DNA of 64,000 nt from Chiloscyllium plagiosum (taxonomy: Eukaryota), in assembly GCF_004010195.1 (NCBI RefSeq), contig NC_057718.1, positions 5,354,325 to 5,418,324 of the forward strand. The letters run 5' to 3'. The position numbers and the translations under genes are program-made. The notes under the pieces were generated by a model, which searched no databases, was not told where the DNA came from, and saw only the letters and a list, made by a program, of their open reading frames with translations. Every line of letters begins with the position of its first letter. Position 1 is the stretch's first letter. This document shows, one piece after another, positions 38,553-52,592 of this stretch.

Positions 38553-38781
38553 AATTGAGAGTGTAGTGCTGGAAAAGCACAGCCGGTCAGGCAGCAGCCG
38601 AGGAGCAGGAGAATCAACATTTATGGCATAAGCCCTTCATCAGGATGGGCTTTTCTGATGAAGGGCTTATGCCCAAAACATTGATTCTCCTGCTCCTTGG
38701 ATGCTGCCTGACCTGCTGTGCTTTTCCAGCACTACATTCCTGACTCTGATCTTCAGCATCTGCAGTCCTCACACTCTCCTC
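38553..38781. mobile_element. Penelope-like hairpin insertion (family A)
   Basis: ~90-bp inverted arms meeting at two opposed hammerhead remnants, plus a ~40-nt unpaired tail. 16-bp TSD ctgatgttc(a/g)actcag (38537-38552 and 38782-38797). Confidence 0.9.
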
Positions 38782-40534
38782 CTGATGTTCGACTCAGGTT
38801 GGCATGGTCTGTTGGGGGTCAAATGGTTGTGAATGTAAGGGCCACATCAAGCATGGGATATTCCAAGAAAGTTAGCTCGGGGTGGGATGTCTAGGTGTGA
38901 GAAACCCTGGACTGGGAAAGGCAAGGAGAGGAGGAGTAAAAACAACAGGAAGATATAAGAATCAAGCTCAAATCTAGGGACCAACAATGCAAAGTAATTA
39001 TATATTAATTATTTATTTAAACAAATGATTGTTTAGATGAGTCTAAACTAATCACGAGCAAATCTGACATGAAATTCAGGAGAAGCCTCTATACCCAGAG
39101 AGACATGAAAATGTGGAACTTACTCCCACAAGGCGTCACAGCAAAAACTGATGGATTTGAGGAGAAGCCTTCCAAATATTTAAAGGCGAAAGGAGTAGAC
39201 AGTGAGGATCAGGTGTGAAAGAGTTGAAGGAGGCTCATGTGGTGTAGGCAGACCAGCAAGGGCCAGTTGGAAATGGCCTGATTGTGTATCAGGCCAGTTG
39301 GGAATGGCCTGCAGCACACTAACTAGGAGGAAATGCAAAGTGATGAAATAGACACTCAATGGCACTCATAAATCCTTAAGGTTGATAAATTTGTAAAACT
39401 AAACATATTAGACCAGATTTTCGAAGGACTGGCAATCTCACACACATTACCACTCAATTATTCTGTTTTTATGAAAGGTGGGAGCTCTATTTTGCTGTGA
39501 GGAGAATCCAATCAGGACCCCTTCAGAAATGGGGAACCATATTTCCATCTGTAACAACTTCTAGGCAAAGAGGAACTCCACAATGGAATCTTCAAATTCC
39601 CAGGCAATACCTTCAGTGTCAGCGACAAAGGGGATTTCATTAGGGGCCCCAGCAAATCTCCTACCCATATTGAATAACTATCATTTGGAAATTGGAAAAT
39701 CCAAGCCATGTGATTATAAATTGATCCACAGATTAAAGCAGCAAAGTGGCTAAGTTGAACTCAGCAAATTCTTTGGACAAGCAACAGTTAGTGTATTGGA
39801 AAGATTTTCGAAGGAGTGACAATCTCGCACAGTTCGCAACTCCATCGTTTCTTTATCACGAGAGGAGAGAACTCCACATTTCCAAGAGGGGATTCTGATC
39901 AGGGTTCCTTCTGAAATGCGGGGCCATTTTTTCATTCTGACTGATCTTTTGCAGGGCAGAACTGTCAGAGGGAGACAACTCGCGCTCTTGTTCCCCAGTA
40001 TTCAGCCTCTGAATTCGGAAATTTAAACCTTTCCAATGTGCGACTGTGTTTGCCCAGAATGGAACAGCTCAATCCCTTTTCACAGCCAACCTTCCTTCTG
40101 AACTGCGATGCAGTCACTGGGCAGTTCTGGGCTTGTCTAAGAGTGTGCAGATAGGTTTGCTTCCACTTGTGGAAGCTGGTTGTCTGCACGGATCATAGCA
40201 TCCCACAGACAGATTAAATAATTCAAGGGAATGTTGGGATAGTGTGCTAGAAATGAAGCACTGTTAATTCTGGAGTTTCCATAAATGTCAACACTTGATG
40301 AAACCAACCATAAATTACACAATTCTACTATGTAATTTAGAATCTAACTACAAATTCCAGATTATGACTATCTAAGGGACATTTAAGCGACTTTTGGATC
40401 GGCATAAGGAAGTTAGTACAATGAAGGGTATGTAGGTTAGTCTGATCTTAGGGTACGATAAAAGGCCAGCCCAACATCGAGGGTTGAAGGGCACGTACTG
40501 TGCTGTACTGTTCTATGTTTCATGTTCTATGTTC

Positions 40535-41490
40535 TACCTCCAATAAGAGATAATCTAACCATTGACCCTTGACATTCAATGGCATTACCATCTATGAATC
40601 CCCTACTATCAACATCCTGGAGGTTACTATTGACCCGAAGCTCAACTGGACTCACCACATAAACACAGTAGCTATAAGAGCATGTCAGAGGCTGGGAATA
40701 CTGTGAGAAAGTGAGGACTGCAGATGCTGGAGACCAGAGTTGAAACATGTGGTGTTGGGAATGCGCAGCAGGCCAGGCAGCATCCGAGGAGCAGGAGAAT
40801 CGACATTTCGGGCATAAGCCCTTCTTCAGGAATGAATGAATTCCTGCTCCTCGAATGCTGCCTGGCCTGATGCCTTTTCCCAGCACCACACTTTTCAACG
40901 CTGGGAATACTGTGGCAAGTAACTCACTTTCTGACTCCCTGAAGCCTGTCCACATCTACAAGGTACAAGTCAGGCATGTGATGGAATATTCCCCATTTGC
41001 CTGGATGGGTGCAGCTCCAACAACACTCAAAATCTTCACACCATCCGGGACAAAGCAGCCAGCTCTATTGGCATCACATCGACAAGCATCCACTCCCTCC
41101 ATCACCGACATTCAGCGGCAGCCGTGTGCACTATCTGCAAGATGCACAGCATAAGTTCTCCAAAGATCCTTCAACAGCACCTTCCAAACCCACAATCACT
41201 ACCATCTAGAAGGACAAGGACAGTAGATATATGGGAACACCACCACCTGCAAAATCCACTCCAAGTCACTCACCATCCTGACTTGGATATATTGTATATC
41301 ACCATTCCTTCACTGTTACTAGTTTAAAATTCTGGAATTCCCTCCTGAAAGGCATTGTGGGTCAATATACAGCACTTGGACTGCAGCAGTTCCAGAGGGC
41401 AGCTCACTCCCACCTTCTCAAGGGGCAACTACGGATGGGCAATAAATGCTGGGTCAGCCAGTGACACACACTTCCCATGAGTGATTGAAA
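40535..41490 (+). mobile_element. L2/CR1-group LINE 3' fragment
   Basis: Reads INILEVTIDPKLNW..; IYKVQVRHVMEYSPFAWMGAAPTTLK; shared 3' tail. Confidence 0.8.
40706..40899. mobile_element. Penelope-like fold-back insertion (family A)
   Basis: Exact 15-bp TSD gctgggaatactgtg (40691-40705 and 40900-40914). Minus-strand CTGAAGA-A-GGGC-TTAT-GCCC-GAAA-TGTC at 40802-40829. Confidence 0.9.
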
Positions 41491-42547
41491 AAACCTTGGA
41501 AGAAAATACACACCATTTTCCATTAACAAGAAAATAAATATTTATTGCAAATAAGTTTGTTTTAATCAATAGCAAAAATGTGAATTGTCAATCTATAATT
41601 CCAGAATTTAAGCTTTTTAACACTGTCATGCACAGACAAAGAGATACACAAATGCAGTAAAAGTATTAAGGGTGTGAAAGAGGAAGAAGGAAGTCAGAGA
41701 AGCTCAGTTCTGGCACCAGTTTAGATCACAGCCACCAACGAGTCATTTTCCTTTGGATCCTTTCAATGTTTTCTGACTCGATGTTGATGTCACAAGGTGT
41801 GGATAGCGATTCTCACTTACAGGATTTTCATTCACTTCTTGAGGATTTGCCCTTTCAGTTTCACAGATGGTGTTTTTTTTTTCCCCAGTTTTCCTTTCCA
41901 CAGGGGAGTTTCAGGGAAAGTAGCTCATAGAGAAACCTGAAGGAGAAGAGCTAGTTATGAAGGGGTTTTCTTTCACTTCTCCACCCTGAAGGGCTGTTAA
42001 GGGGTTGATGGATATAGGGAGGGGGGTGCAAGTGGAGATGAGGCAGATAAGGGCAAGAGTGAGAAAAAAAATGGATGTTTTCTCTTTGCAAGCTGGATGT
42101 TTCTGCTGTAATGTCCACACCCAAAGCTATAGCCAGTAACCAATCAACTCGTTGCTATTACATTGAGCCCTCCTGAACCTACAATAATTGGTGCCAATTG
42201 AAAAGCCAATCAAAAGACTATCTCTAGGCAGAATTTCCCTGAACACCCACAGGCAGTGCTGACTTGTCTGGGTCTCCCCCTCACTTTTTGTATGAGGCAA
42301 CATTATGGATAAAATTTATAATGGGCTCCAACAACTTGTTTTTAAAACTGCAAACATCTTCTTACACAGTTTCCTTGATGTAAAGATAGTCGGCTACAGT
42401 CTAGAAATAAAGAGGTGGCCCTTACAGTTTGAATCTCAAGTATGAAGGTAATGTCTCAGCAGTAGTCTCTGTCGTGTAATGACCTGATAGCCACCAGAAT
42501 GTAAAGTTATAGTTGTTGCTTCACGTTTACTCCTGACATAGGAAAAA

Positions 42548-42572
42548 GAGAGATAGAGAGAGAGAGAGAGAG
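42548..42572. repeat. (AG)n microsatellite
   Basis: Direct inspection. Confidence 0.9.
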
Positions 42573-43771
42573 ACTGAATGAAAAAAATAGCGATAATGGA
42601 TGAATAGGACTTTCATGAGTTGGAGTACAGGCAGAATTTTTGAACAAATGCCAACAATCTTTTCACGAAATTATGGCCACTGTTCTGGCAGCAGCTTGCA
42701 ATCATAATTCAATTTTTCGATGTCGTTGTGGAAATAAAAGACAAAGAGGAAAAACTTTAAAATAAGTGAAGGCCAATTTTACAACAAAGGCTGCAGCTTT
42801 TCAAGAAGGCAGCTAGCCACCATCTTCTCTGAGGCAATTAGGGGTGGGCAGTAAATGTTGGCAATGCTCACATCCCAGGAACAAATAATTAAGTCAAAGA
42901 TGAGATGGGAATTTCCAGCAGTGTGATGCAAATCAAATCCTTCTCAAGATAGCGAGAGTTATTCAAGGGGGAGGTACAAAGGATCCTAAACAAATAAATT
43001 CCCAGAAATAAAAAACTGTGGACTCTAAAATATTGACTCCCTGGATATCGAAATGCATACAAAATATGATCAGGCAAAAAAGGAAAGCTATAATCTGATC
43101 CTGCAGAAAAATGGATGGAAAGTGTAATGGTGGAGTTGAAAAGAAAATTAGGAAAACTATGTTGGAAATAATATTACCAAGTTAAATCAAGAAAAACTAA
43201 ATGTGGTTTGTAACTACATTCAGAGCTTCAGAATAACTAATAAAAGAATAGGGCCAATTCGAGTCCAGAAAGGTAACTTGTGAATAGAGGCAGAAGATGT
43301 GAGTATGGTTCTGAATGAAGGCTGTGATTGTCTTCACAACAGAGGGAACACTGCAATAGCTAAGGAACAAGAGAGTGAATTTATGATTGAGACAATTATA
43401 GCAAGAGAAGAAATGTTAAAGGAATGAGACTCTTAGATAGTATTTTAAGGTTTGCATGACCTATATCCAGGCTACTAAAAGAAACAAGGGTGAAAATATG
43501 GAGCCACTGACTATTATTTTCCAGTTCTTTGTTGCAACAGGTGTGGTGCCAGGGAATGAGAGAAAATCTAACCTTCTCATTGCAGGCTGTCCCTCGATTC
43601 AAGGAAGATGTCCTCTCAGGGTTGTGAGTCAGTCTTCATGTCATTGAGCAGGCTGACTCTTGATCCACTATATTGTAGGATCCAAAATGCAGGAATTCCT
43701 TCCCTTTCTTTCCCTCTCATCACCTTGGTGGACAATTTGTCACCATGTTGAAGGAATAAAAACAAGCTTGT

Positions 43772-44212
43772 AGAGTCATACAGTCATAGAGATGTACAGC
43801 ACGGAAACAGACCATTTGGTCCAACTCATCCATGCCCCTCAGATATCCTAAATTAACCTTGTCCCATTTGCCAACAGTTGGCCCATTATTCTCTAAACCC
43901 TTCCTATTCATGTACTCATTCAGATGTCTTTTAAAAGTTATAATTTTATAGCCTTCCCACTTCCTCTGGCAGCTCATTCCATACACGCACCAACCTCTGT
44001 GTGAAAGAATTGCCCCTTAGGTCCCTTTTAAATCTTTCCTCTCTCACTTCAAACCTTTGCCCCTCTGGTTCTAGACTCCCCCACCCCACGGAAAAGACCT
44101 TGTCTTCTACTCATGCCCCTCATGATTTTATAAACCTCTATAAGGTCACCCCTCAGCATCCATTGCTCCAGAGAAAATAGCCCCAGCCTATTCAGCCTCT
44201 CCTTGTGGCTCA
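43772..44212 (-). mobile_element. CR1 3' fragment, abutting a sense CR1-type tail (44213-44326)
   Basis: Reads ERLNRLGLFSLEQ..RGDLIEVYKIMRG; (gagtcata) tail on +. Confidence 0.85.
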
Positions 44213-45819
44213 AACGGGGAGAATGCGGGTAAGTGGAGTTGAAATGCCCATCAGCCATTATTGAATGGTGGAGTGGACTCGATGGGCCGAATGGCCTTAC
44301 TTTCACTCCTATGTCTTATGGTCTTAAACATTTATCAATGTTAAGGTTGCTATACTTAGGAAAGGCTTCAAAGTATCTTTGAAATATTTGCTTTGCCATT
44401 CTCTGGAACATTGACCATTTGCAAGTTGGATAAACAAGAGCTTCCAGTCATTGATGCTGATTTTGCAGACATTTTGCCTGAATGCAATGGAGTTGGTCTC
44501 AAGAAGGACTCAAGCATCTGCTCACCAATCCTCCCATTGAATCCAGAAGAGGCATTGCTGGTGGCATTTTTCTAGAACTCTGATGGATCACTGACACACA
44601 ATTCAGCTCTCAGTGCTCTGTACTGGGGACGTCTGTTGACTGGCACTTCATGGGCTATGTCTTTGTTTGAATCAAAGGTCTAAGTGATGTCTATATGAGT
44701 TGCTCCATGAAGGGGGATTGATCCCTGCTGGACAGATAATCGATTCCTTCAATCAGTAACAAACATCCATGTGGCACCAAGACATCACAACATTCAAAAT
44801 TCCAAGAGGAGGCGGATCACTATCTCAGTGCTAAAGTAGCCTGATGACGGAGAGCAGTTCTAAATGCAGCTCACAATCAATCTGGAAAACCCTCACGTGT
44901 CCAACTCCACTTCCGGCAAGTGGAATCAAATAAAGTCAGCTGTCTTAGACCATTGGGTTCAAGCACCAAAGTCACTGGAGCTAGTTTGACAAAAACAATG
45001 CAGAAATATGTGGCCTCCTGGAACTCAACCAAACCATTTGCATTTTGTGGCAGAACAGCCCAAGATCACAAGTCAAGAATTTGGTAGCATAAAATGGCAT
45101 TTGTGTTAGGAGATGGGATGGCTGTTTTTTTTTATTTAATGCAGCCTTTGTGACAATATTAAACAGCTACTTACCTGCAAAATAAATCTTAGTGGCTGCA
45201 AGAGTCTAGAGACTACTTTTCAGCTGCAGAATATATAGTCAGCAACTTTGCCTGAGGTAGATTGTGAACACTGTCTGGTAGCAATAACTCACTGGGCAAT
45301 AGAGCAATGCTGTACTGGACCCATCAGCAGTTGTGTTGAAAAGTGACATGACGTGTGCCATGGTGTTTAGCAATTGATTTTGCTTCTTTGTGTTTTCCCT
45401 TTGTACTGAGAGCAATGTATCAACATTATCACTGAAGCATCCCCGCCACCATCCCCCACCCCACCTCCCCATTTCCTTCCCTTGCATACAATAATTGCCT
45501 CTCCACTCCACAGAATTTTCCAGCACTTTTGGAACAAGACGGCTTCAATTTTGTTTCTGATTCTTAGATTCTTCATTGTTCTTGCTTCATGTTACCTTAG
45601 CATGCCATATTTTGTTTAAAACTAATGCCAGGGAGAGAGAGCCTGAGAAATTCAATGATAGATATTCTGTAATCAACCTGTTCAGAAATGTCATTACACA
45701 CATCGGGAGCAGGTAGGACATGAGCTAGTGGATCCTAGATTAGAGATAGGGACACTACCACTTTATCATACGAGACCTGACAATTAATGATGTGCTAAAA
45801 ATTATGACTTGAAAGGACA

Positions 45820-47230
45820 AATGGGGAAAATCCCCTTAGGGAACTTTGTCCCATTGTTTAAAAAAGAATCCTGAATAATTACAGGCCACTGTATTGATGG
45901 GCAAACAATAAGAACAAATTTTGATGCACAGTATAAACTGTAATTTAGACAGGCATGGATTACTGAGGGACTACTAGCATGGGTTTGTTAAGGCAAAGCC
46001 GTATCTGACTAAAATAATTGTATCTTTTGGAAGCATTAATCAGGAGGTTCAATGAGGTTAATGCACTTGATGTATTCTCTATGGATTTCAATGAAGCTTT
46101 TGAGAAGTTAGAAAAGTTACACATTATAATCCAAAAAAACATGACAAGCTATACCCAAATGGACTCAATGACAGGAAACCAAAGAACATGATAGGTCGTA
46201 TGGCACAGTAGCTCAGTGGTTAGCACTGCTGCCTCACAGCGCCAGGGAACTGAGTTTGATTCCAGACTAGGGTGACTGTGTTGAGTTTGCACATTCTCCC
46301 CTGGCCTGTGTGGGTTCCCTCCAGGTGCTCTGGTTTCCTCCCACAGTGCAACGATGTGCAGGTTAGGTGGTTTGGCCATGTTAAATTGTTCAGAGTGTCC
46401 AGGGATGTGCAGACTAGGTGGGTTAGCCATGAGGAATGCAGGGTTACAGGCATAGCATTGGGGGGAGCAATGCATATGGGTGTGATGCTCTTTGGAGAGT
46501 CAGTGTGGACTTGTTGGACTGAGTGGCCCATTTTGACAATGTAGGGGATCTATGGGCATCATGGAATTAGGAACCATTGGGCATGCAGTTGATGTTGATG
46601 AAGGAAGCTGTAGACTGCAGGAAGATATCAATAGGCTGGTCAAATTGGCAGCAAACAACAAATAGAGTTCAAACTAGCAAAGTAAGGGGTTAGGCATTAG
46701 CAAACAAGATGAGGGAATAGACAATAAATGATGATGAGTGTGGAGGAACATGGAGGTCCTGGTATGCATGTCCTGAAGGATAAGTATTAGGAGATGAGCT
46801 GGTTGATTAGGCAAATGGGGAATTATTCTTTATTGGCAGAGATTTAGATCATTAAAGCTGGAAGGTTATGTTAGAACTGCCCACAAAAATGAGTTGGGTT
46901 ACAGCCGGAGTACAATATAGCTTTAGTAACCACATCACAGGAAGGATGTGATTGCGCTGGTGAAAGTACTGAGGACAATTAAAAGGACTGTACTGCAGAA
47001 ATAGATGCGATTGTTTCTTTGAAACAGAGGAATCTGCGGGAAAGATTTAATTGAGGTATATTATAGAGGTAGGGGACTAGAGAGAGGTGAGGAAGGATGT
47101 ATTCCCTCCACAGAGAGGTCAAGAATCCAGGTTCGGAGATTTAAAGTCATTGGATAGAGTCTTTGAGAGGAAATGAGGAAGGAGTTTTCAACCAGAGTCT
47201 GATGAAGGTGTGGAATTCATTGCCCACAAA
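45820..47230 (+). mobile_element. Old CR1 RT fragment containing an HE1-like SINE (46200-46550)
   Basis: Degenerate HGFVK..LT..MDF..AF motifs and CR1 C-terminal sequence; V-SINE head and V-domain at 46200-46550. Confidence 0.7.
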
Positions 47231-47234
47231 TGTT

Positions 47235-47758
47235 CAAGTTGTGAAAAGTTCATGCAAGTGGACTCAGAAAGGAACTCTAAAATTGTGTCCACATTCTAAG
47301 GAAAATAAACCCAGAGGAATCAGTTAAGTAAAATCTGAGTGGAAGATCTGAGATGGGAATGAAATGTCTCTAGAATGGAATATCTGTAAAAGGATAGTGT
47401 TTGGAAACAGGTTGAAAGTTTTTGCTTTTTATATTGTGTGTATTTATATTATATGTGCATAAATCTATTATTTTTACTCTTTTGTGGCATAAACTTATAA
47501 TCTGTTCTTAAAGTACATCTGCAGCCTCAAGTGAATATGTTTCAGTGACCAATCACCTTGCAAATCAACTGCAAAAGTTAAATGTATGATTGATCAAGCC
47601 AGGTCTTGTTCAGGCATTCTGATGAAGGGCCTCTGGACCTGAAAAGTTAACGCTGTCTCTCCCTTTATAGATGCTGCCAGACCTGCTGAATGTTTCCGGC
47701 AATTTCTGTTTTGGTCCCATTCTGGAATCTGTCTTGTCCAGCAGTTGGGATTGCAACA
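47235..47758 (+). mobile_element. LTR-like repeat fragment with a Penelope pLTR insert (~47615-47715)
   Basis: Homologous to 53928-54298; ends ..gggattgcaaca. The insert carries CTGATGA-A-GGGCC-TCTG-GACCT-GAAAAGTT (47619-47648). Confidence 0.55.
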
Positions 47759-48079
47759 GCAGTGTGAGTGAATGTGTGAATGTGTGTTTGTGAAACCATG
47801 CTGTAAAGTCTCCAAAGTAACTGTATTTTCCTCAGGTATGAAGTCCAAGGTTATGGTCAGTATTCCAGAAGCATGTGTCTATAAAAATGTGAGTGAGTGG
47901 ATTTGGAAGCATGGCCGAGGCAGATACTCTTATCATATTTGAAGAAAACATTTGGAGATGTGTGTGCGAGACCAAAACCTACTTGGTTACAGACTAAGAG
48001 CTGAATAACTCTTATGTGACCAGTACAAACATGATGGACTGACCAGCCTCCTTCTGTGCAGGTGTTTGATGTGATTCGA

Positions 48080-48175
48080 GGAGAAAGTGGGGGCTGCAGA
48101 TGCTGGAGATCAGAGCTGAAAATGTGTTGCTGGAAAAGCGCAGCAGGTCAGGCAGCATAACCTGACCTGCTGCGC
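48080..48175. mobile_element. Very short Penelope-like fold-back insertion (family A)
   Basis: Exact 15-bp TSD tttgatgtgattcga (48065-48079 and 48176-48190); hairpin gcgcagcaggtcagg / cctgacctgctgcgc. Confidence 0.88.
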
Positions 48176-49940
48176 TTTGATGTGATTCGACAGAGAATGC
48201 CACATTGTGTTTAGAGACTTGGCTTCAGTTGTCACATTGATCTTTGAGAAACAGATGGTGAATTAAGTGGAAATAAATCAAAAAACTGTGCCCAGATTGG
48301 TAAACCAATGAACAATCTTATAATTGATGTGTGACTCCCAGAGCCTGAGCACAGATTAGCCTGAGAAACCCCCTGAGACAAAGCAAGAGATTTATCCCAG
48401 TATTTGGGCCTGTGTTTGATATTGATTGAACTGACAAACATGGTGCTATGCACAGCCTGAATTATTGAGTGGTCAAAGCACGCACAGAAGCAACACACAC
48501 AAACAGAATTCAGATATAATTGAGAATTATTACGATGAAACAACTAAATACATAGATGATTCCATTTTATCACCACTTCTACCAATAGCTTAAGTTGTTG
48601 AAAAGCTAATTCACAGTGTGATTAACACATGCACACTCAGATAGTGGGAATCTTCCTGCTGTAATTAGTGTCACCATGGTTGAATGGTGATTAATGATTC
48701 AAGAATGTAAACAAAGGGAGTGTCAGTGGGAGGTTGAGGTATATACCATTGTTATATATAATTGCACTGTTTGATCAAATTGTATGAATAAAGGTGAAAG
48801 TGGGTACTGCACAGGCTAGAAGAGGATGAAAAAAACACTTGGCATTTCTGCAGCATCTCTGATAATCAAAGCACATTGCTTTTGGGTGAGTTGGCAATGA
48901 AGGTGAAAGGGAAAAAGGTATTGGGGACACGGATTTGCATAGTTTAGTAGTTTGACCCAGGCTAAAGGGTGCCATGTTATTGACTGGGGGCACACGAGTT
49001 GTCATGTGCTGGGAATAAATTGTAATTGGGAATAAAAGGGCCCATGGGAGAGGTTTGGAACACAGGATAGCATGTGTTAGCATACATGCATAGACAGTGG
49101 TTGGCATGTGAGGGGATGAAGGCTAAAGGGGCTAACATTGATCAAAGAACTGGGCCAAAGTTCCAGATCAGCATGGCATGGCTTTTGACCAACTTGCCCT
49201 GCACTTCCTAATCCTAATATATGAATATGGCTGCCTGACTGGAGATGAGGCTGTGCAAGTGTGTGTGTGTGTGTATTTGACTGTATTTCTGAAATGTGTA
49301 ACTGCATGAATAAGTGGGTTGCATGACCAACTGTGTAATTAAGTTTGAGTGTGCATGTTTATGCATATGTGCGAGTGTGTGTGAATAGGCGAATGGGTGT
49401 ATGAAGAAAACTGTATTATTATACATTTATTATTTTGGGATTTGAGTTTTGACCTGGAGGCAGATGGAAGGAGATCAGTTCTGTGAAGGTAATTGTTTTT
49501 TTAAAAAGAGGTCAGAAAGTAATTTGAAATAGTGACTTAGCATTAATTCCAGGAAGGTGTGTAACTGCAGTTAAGTGCCTGGCAGGATGCCTGCAGTGTG
49601 AATGGATGGAACGTTTATGTTGTTGAATTTACATGAGACCAGAAAGCCTTTAGATTAGGTTTTCAATTGAGTTGAGAGGAATCAGGGTTCATTTCAGGAG
49701 GGTCATTGTGTCTCCTGGCATGAGATTCAGACTTTTAGTTCTGGGCAGCAACCACCCAACCTGGAGTCTTTAGTTTGTGCAGCTTCCAAGTCAGAAACAG
49801 TTTGGCTGGAAATCTTCCAAGTTGTTAACAAATAAAAAAGTTTTGAATTGTGAAAAGTTCATACAGTCATAGAGTCAAAGAGATGTACAGCACAGAAACA
49901 GACCCTTCGGTCCACTCATCCATGCCTACCAGATATCCCA

Positions 49941-50749
49941 GTGGGCCGAGCAATGGTAGATGGAGTTTAATTTAGATAATTGCGAGATGCTGCATTTTGG
50001 TAAGACAAACCAGAGCAGGACTTACACAATTAATGGGAGGGTCCTGGGGTGTGTTGTTGAACAGAGACACTTAGGGGTGCAGGTGCACAGTTCTTTGAAA
50101 GTGGTGTTACAGGTAGGACGGGTGTTAAGGAAGGTGTTTGTCATGTTAGCCTTCATCAGTCAGAGCACTGAGTACAGGAGTCGGATGTCATGTTATGGCT
50201 GAACAAGACATTGTTAAGGTCGCATTTGGAAAACTGCTTACAATTCTGGTCAAACTGCTAATAGGAAGGATGTTATTAAACTGAAAAGAGTGCAAACAAA
50301 TTTCTGAAGTTGTTGTCGAGACTGGAAGGTTTGAGTTATAAGGAGAGGCTGGATAGGCTAGGACTTTATTCACTGGAGCACAGGAGGCTGAGGGGTGGCC
50401 TAATAAAGTTTAATGAAGTCATGAGAGTCATAGAGTCATAGAAATGTACAGCATGGAAACAGACCCTTCGGTCAAACCTGTCCACGCCGACCAGGCATAG
50501 ATAATCTGGATAATCAAGATCTTTTTCCCAGGAAGTCCAAAACTGGTGAGAGGGGAAAGATTTAAAAAGGACTTAAGAGGCAACATTTTTTCCACATTTG
50601 TACATCAAGTCCCTCCTCCCTACCTTTTATCTTTGCCTGCTTGGCACACCTTCCTCATTCCTGAAGAAGGGCTTATGCCCGAAACATCGATTCTCCTGCT
50701 CCTTGGATGCTGCCTGACCTGCTGCACTTTTCCAGCAACACATTTTTCG
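49941..50749 (+). mobile_element. Chimeric insert: sense CR1 fragment plus Penelope pLTR end
   Basis: MEFNLDNCEMLHFG.. CR1 piece, then family-A pLTR with hammerhead CTGAAGA-A-GGGC-TTAT-GCCC-GAAA-CATC (50661-50688). Flanked by taccag(a/g)tatccca at 49927-49940 and 50750-50763. Confidence 0.7.
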
Positions 50750-52423
50750 TACCAGGTATCCCAACTCAATCTAGTCCCACTTGCCAGCACTCGGCCCATA
50801 TCCCTCTAAACCCTTCCTATTCGTATACCCATCCAGATGCCTCTTAAATGTTGCAATTCTACCAGCCTCCAACACTTCCTCTGGCAGCTCACTCCACACA
50901 CGCACCACCCTCTGCGTGAAAAAATTGCCCCTTAGGTCTCTTTTATATCTTTCCCCTCTTATCCTAAACTTGTGCTCTCTAGTTTTGGACTCCCACACCC
51001 CAGGGAAAATACCTTGTCTATTTACCCTGTCCATGCTTCACATGATTTTATAAACCTCTATAAGGTCACGCCTCAGCCTCTGACGCTCCAGGGAAAACAG
51101 CCCTAGCTTATTCAACCTCTCCCTATAGCTCAAACCCTCCAACCCTGGTAATATCCTTGTAAATCTTTTCTGAACCCTTTCAAGTTTCGCAACATCCTTC
51201 GATAGGAAGGAGACCAGAATTGCACACAATATTCCAAACGTGGCCTAACCAATGTCCTGTACAGCCTCCCATCTCCTGTACTCAATGCTCTAACCAATAA
51301 AGGAAAGCATACCAAAGGCCTTTTTCACTATCCTATCTACATGCAACTCTACTCTAAGGTCTCTTTGTTCAGTAACACTCCCTAGGACCTTACCATTAAG
51401 TGTATAAGTCCTGCTAAGATTTGCTTTCCCAAAATGCAGCACCTCGCATTTATCTGAATTAAACTCCATCTACCACTCCTCAGCCCATTGGCCCATCTGA
51501 TCAAGATCCCATTTAAATTCAAGGTAACATTCTTACTTGTCCATACACCTCCAATTTTGGTGTCATCTGCATACTTACTAACTGTACCTCTAAAGCTCAC
51601 ATCCAAATCATTTAAATAAATGATGAAAAGTAGTGGACCCGTCACTGATCCTTTTGGCTCTCCACTGGTCACAGGCCTCCAATCTGAAAAACAACTCTCC
51701 ACTATCACCTTCTGGCTTCTAGCTTTGAGCCAGTTCTGTATCCAAATGGCTAGTTCACCCTGTATTCCATGAGATTTAATCTTGCTAACCAGTCTCCCAT
51801 GGGGAAACTTGTCAAACACCTTACGAGAGTCCATATAGATCATGCCAACCACCCTACCCTCATCAATTCTTTTTGTTACTTCTTCAAAAACCTCAATCAA
51901 GTTTGTGAGACATGATTTCCACACACAAAGCCATGTTGACTATCCCTAATCAGTCCTTGCCTTTCCAAATACATGTACATCCTGTACCTCAGGATTCCCT
52001 CCAACAACTTGCCCACCACTGAGGTCAGGCTCACTGGTCTATAGTTCCCTGGCTTGTCTTTACCGCCCTTCTTAAACAGTGGCACCACGTTAGCCAACCT
52101 CCAGTCTTCCGGCACCTCACCTGTGACTATCGATGATACAAATATCTCAGTAACAGGCCCAGCAATCATTTCCCTAACTTCCCAATGAGTTCTAGGATAC
52201 ACCTGATCAGATCCTGGGGATTTATTCACTTTATGCGTTTCAAGGCATCGAGCACTTCCTCCTCTGTAATATGGACATTTTTCAAGATGTCACCACCTAT
52301 TTCCGTACATTTTATATCTTCCATGTCCTTTTCCACAGTAAACACTGATGCAAAATGCTCATTTAGTATCTCCCCATCTCCTGCGGCTCCACACAAAAGG
52401 CCGCCTTGCTGATCTTTGAGGGG

Positions 52424-52592
52424 ATTGAACGAAGATTAGAGTGGTGCAGGAAAAGCACAGCAGGTCAGGCAGCATCTGAGGAGCAGAAAAATCGACATTT
52501 CGAGCAAAAACCTTTCATCGGGAATGAGATATCATGCATCACTCTAATCTTGACTCTAATCTCCAGCATCTGCAACATCCACTTCTGCCTAC
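52424..52592. mobile_element. Penelope-like insertion with inverted left arm, inside the CR1
   Basis: Exact 15-bp TSD ctgatctttgagggg (52409-52423 and 52593-52607). Confidence 0.88.

Noticed and set aside
38553..38781. miRNA precursor, MITE or tandem retrozyme interpretation of the hairpins
   Set aside because: The arms match the 3' end of the RT/GIY-YIG element, are asymmetric with a tail and vary in length. They are inverted rather than head-to-tail tandem units.
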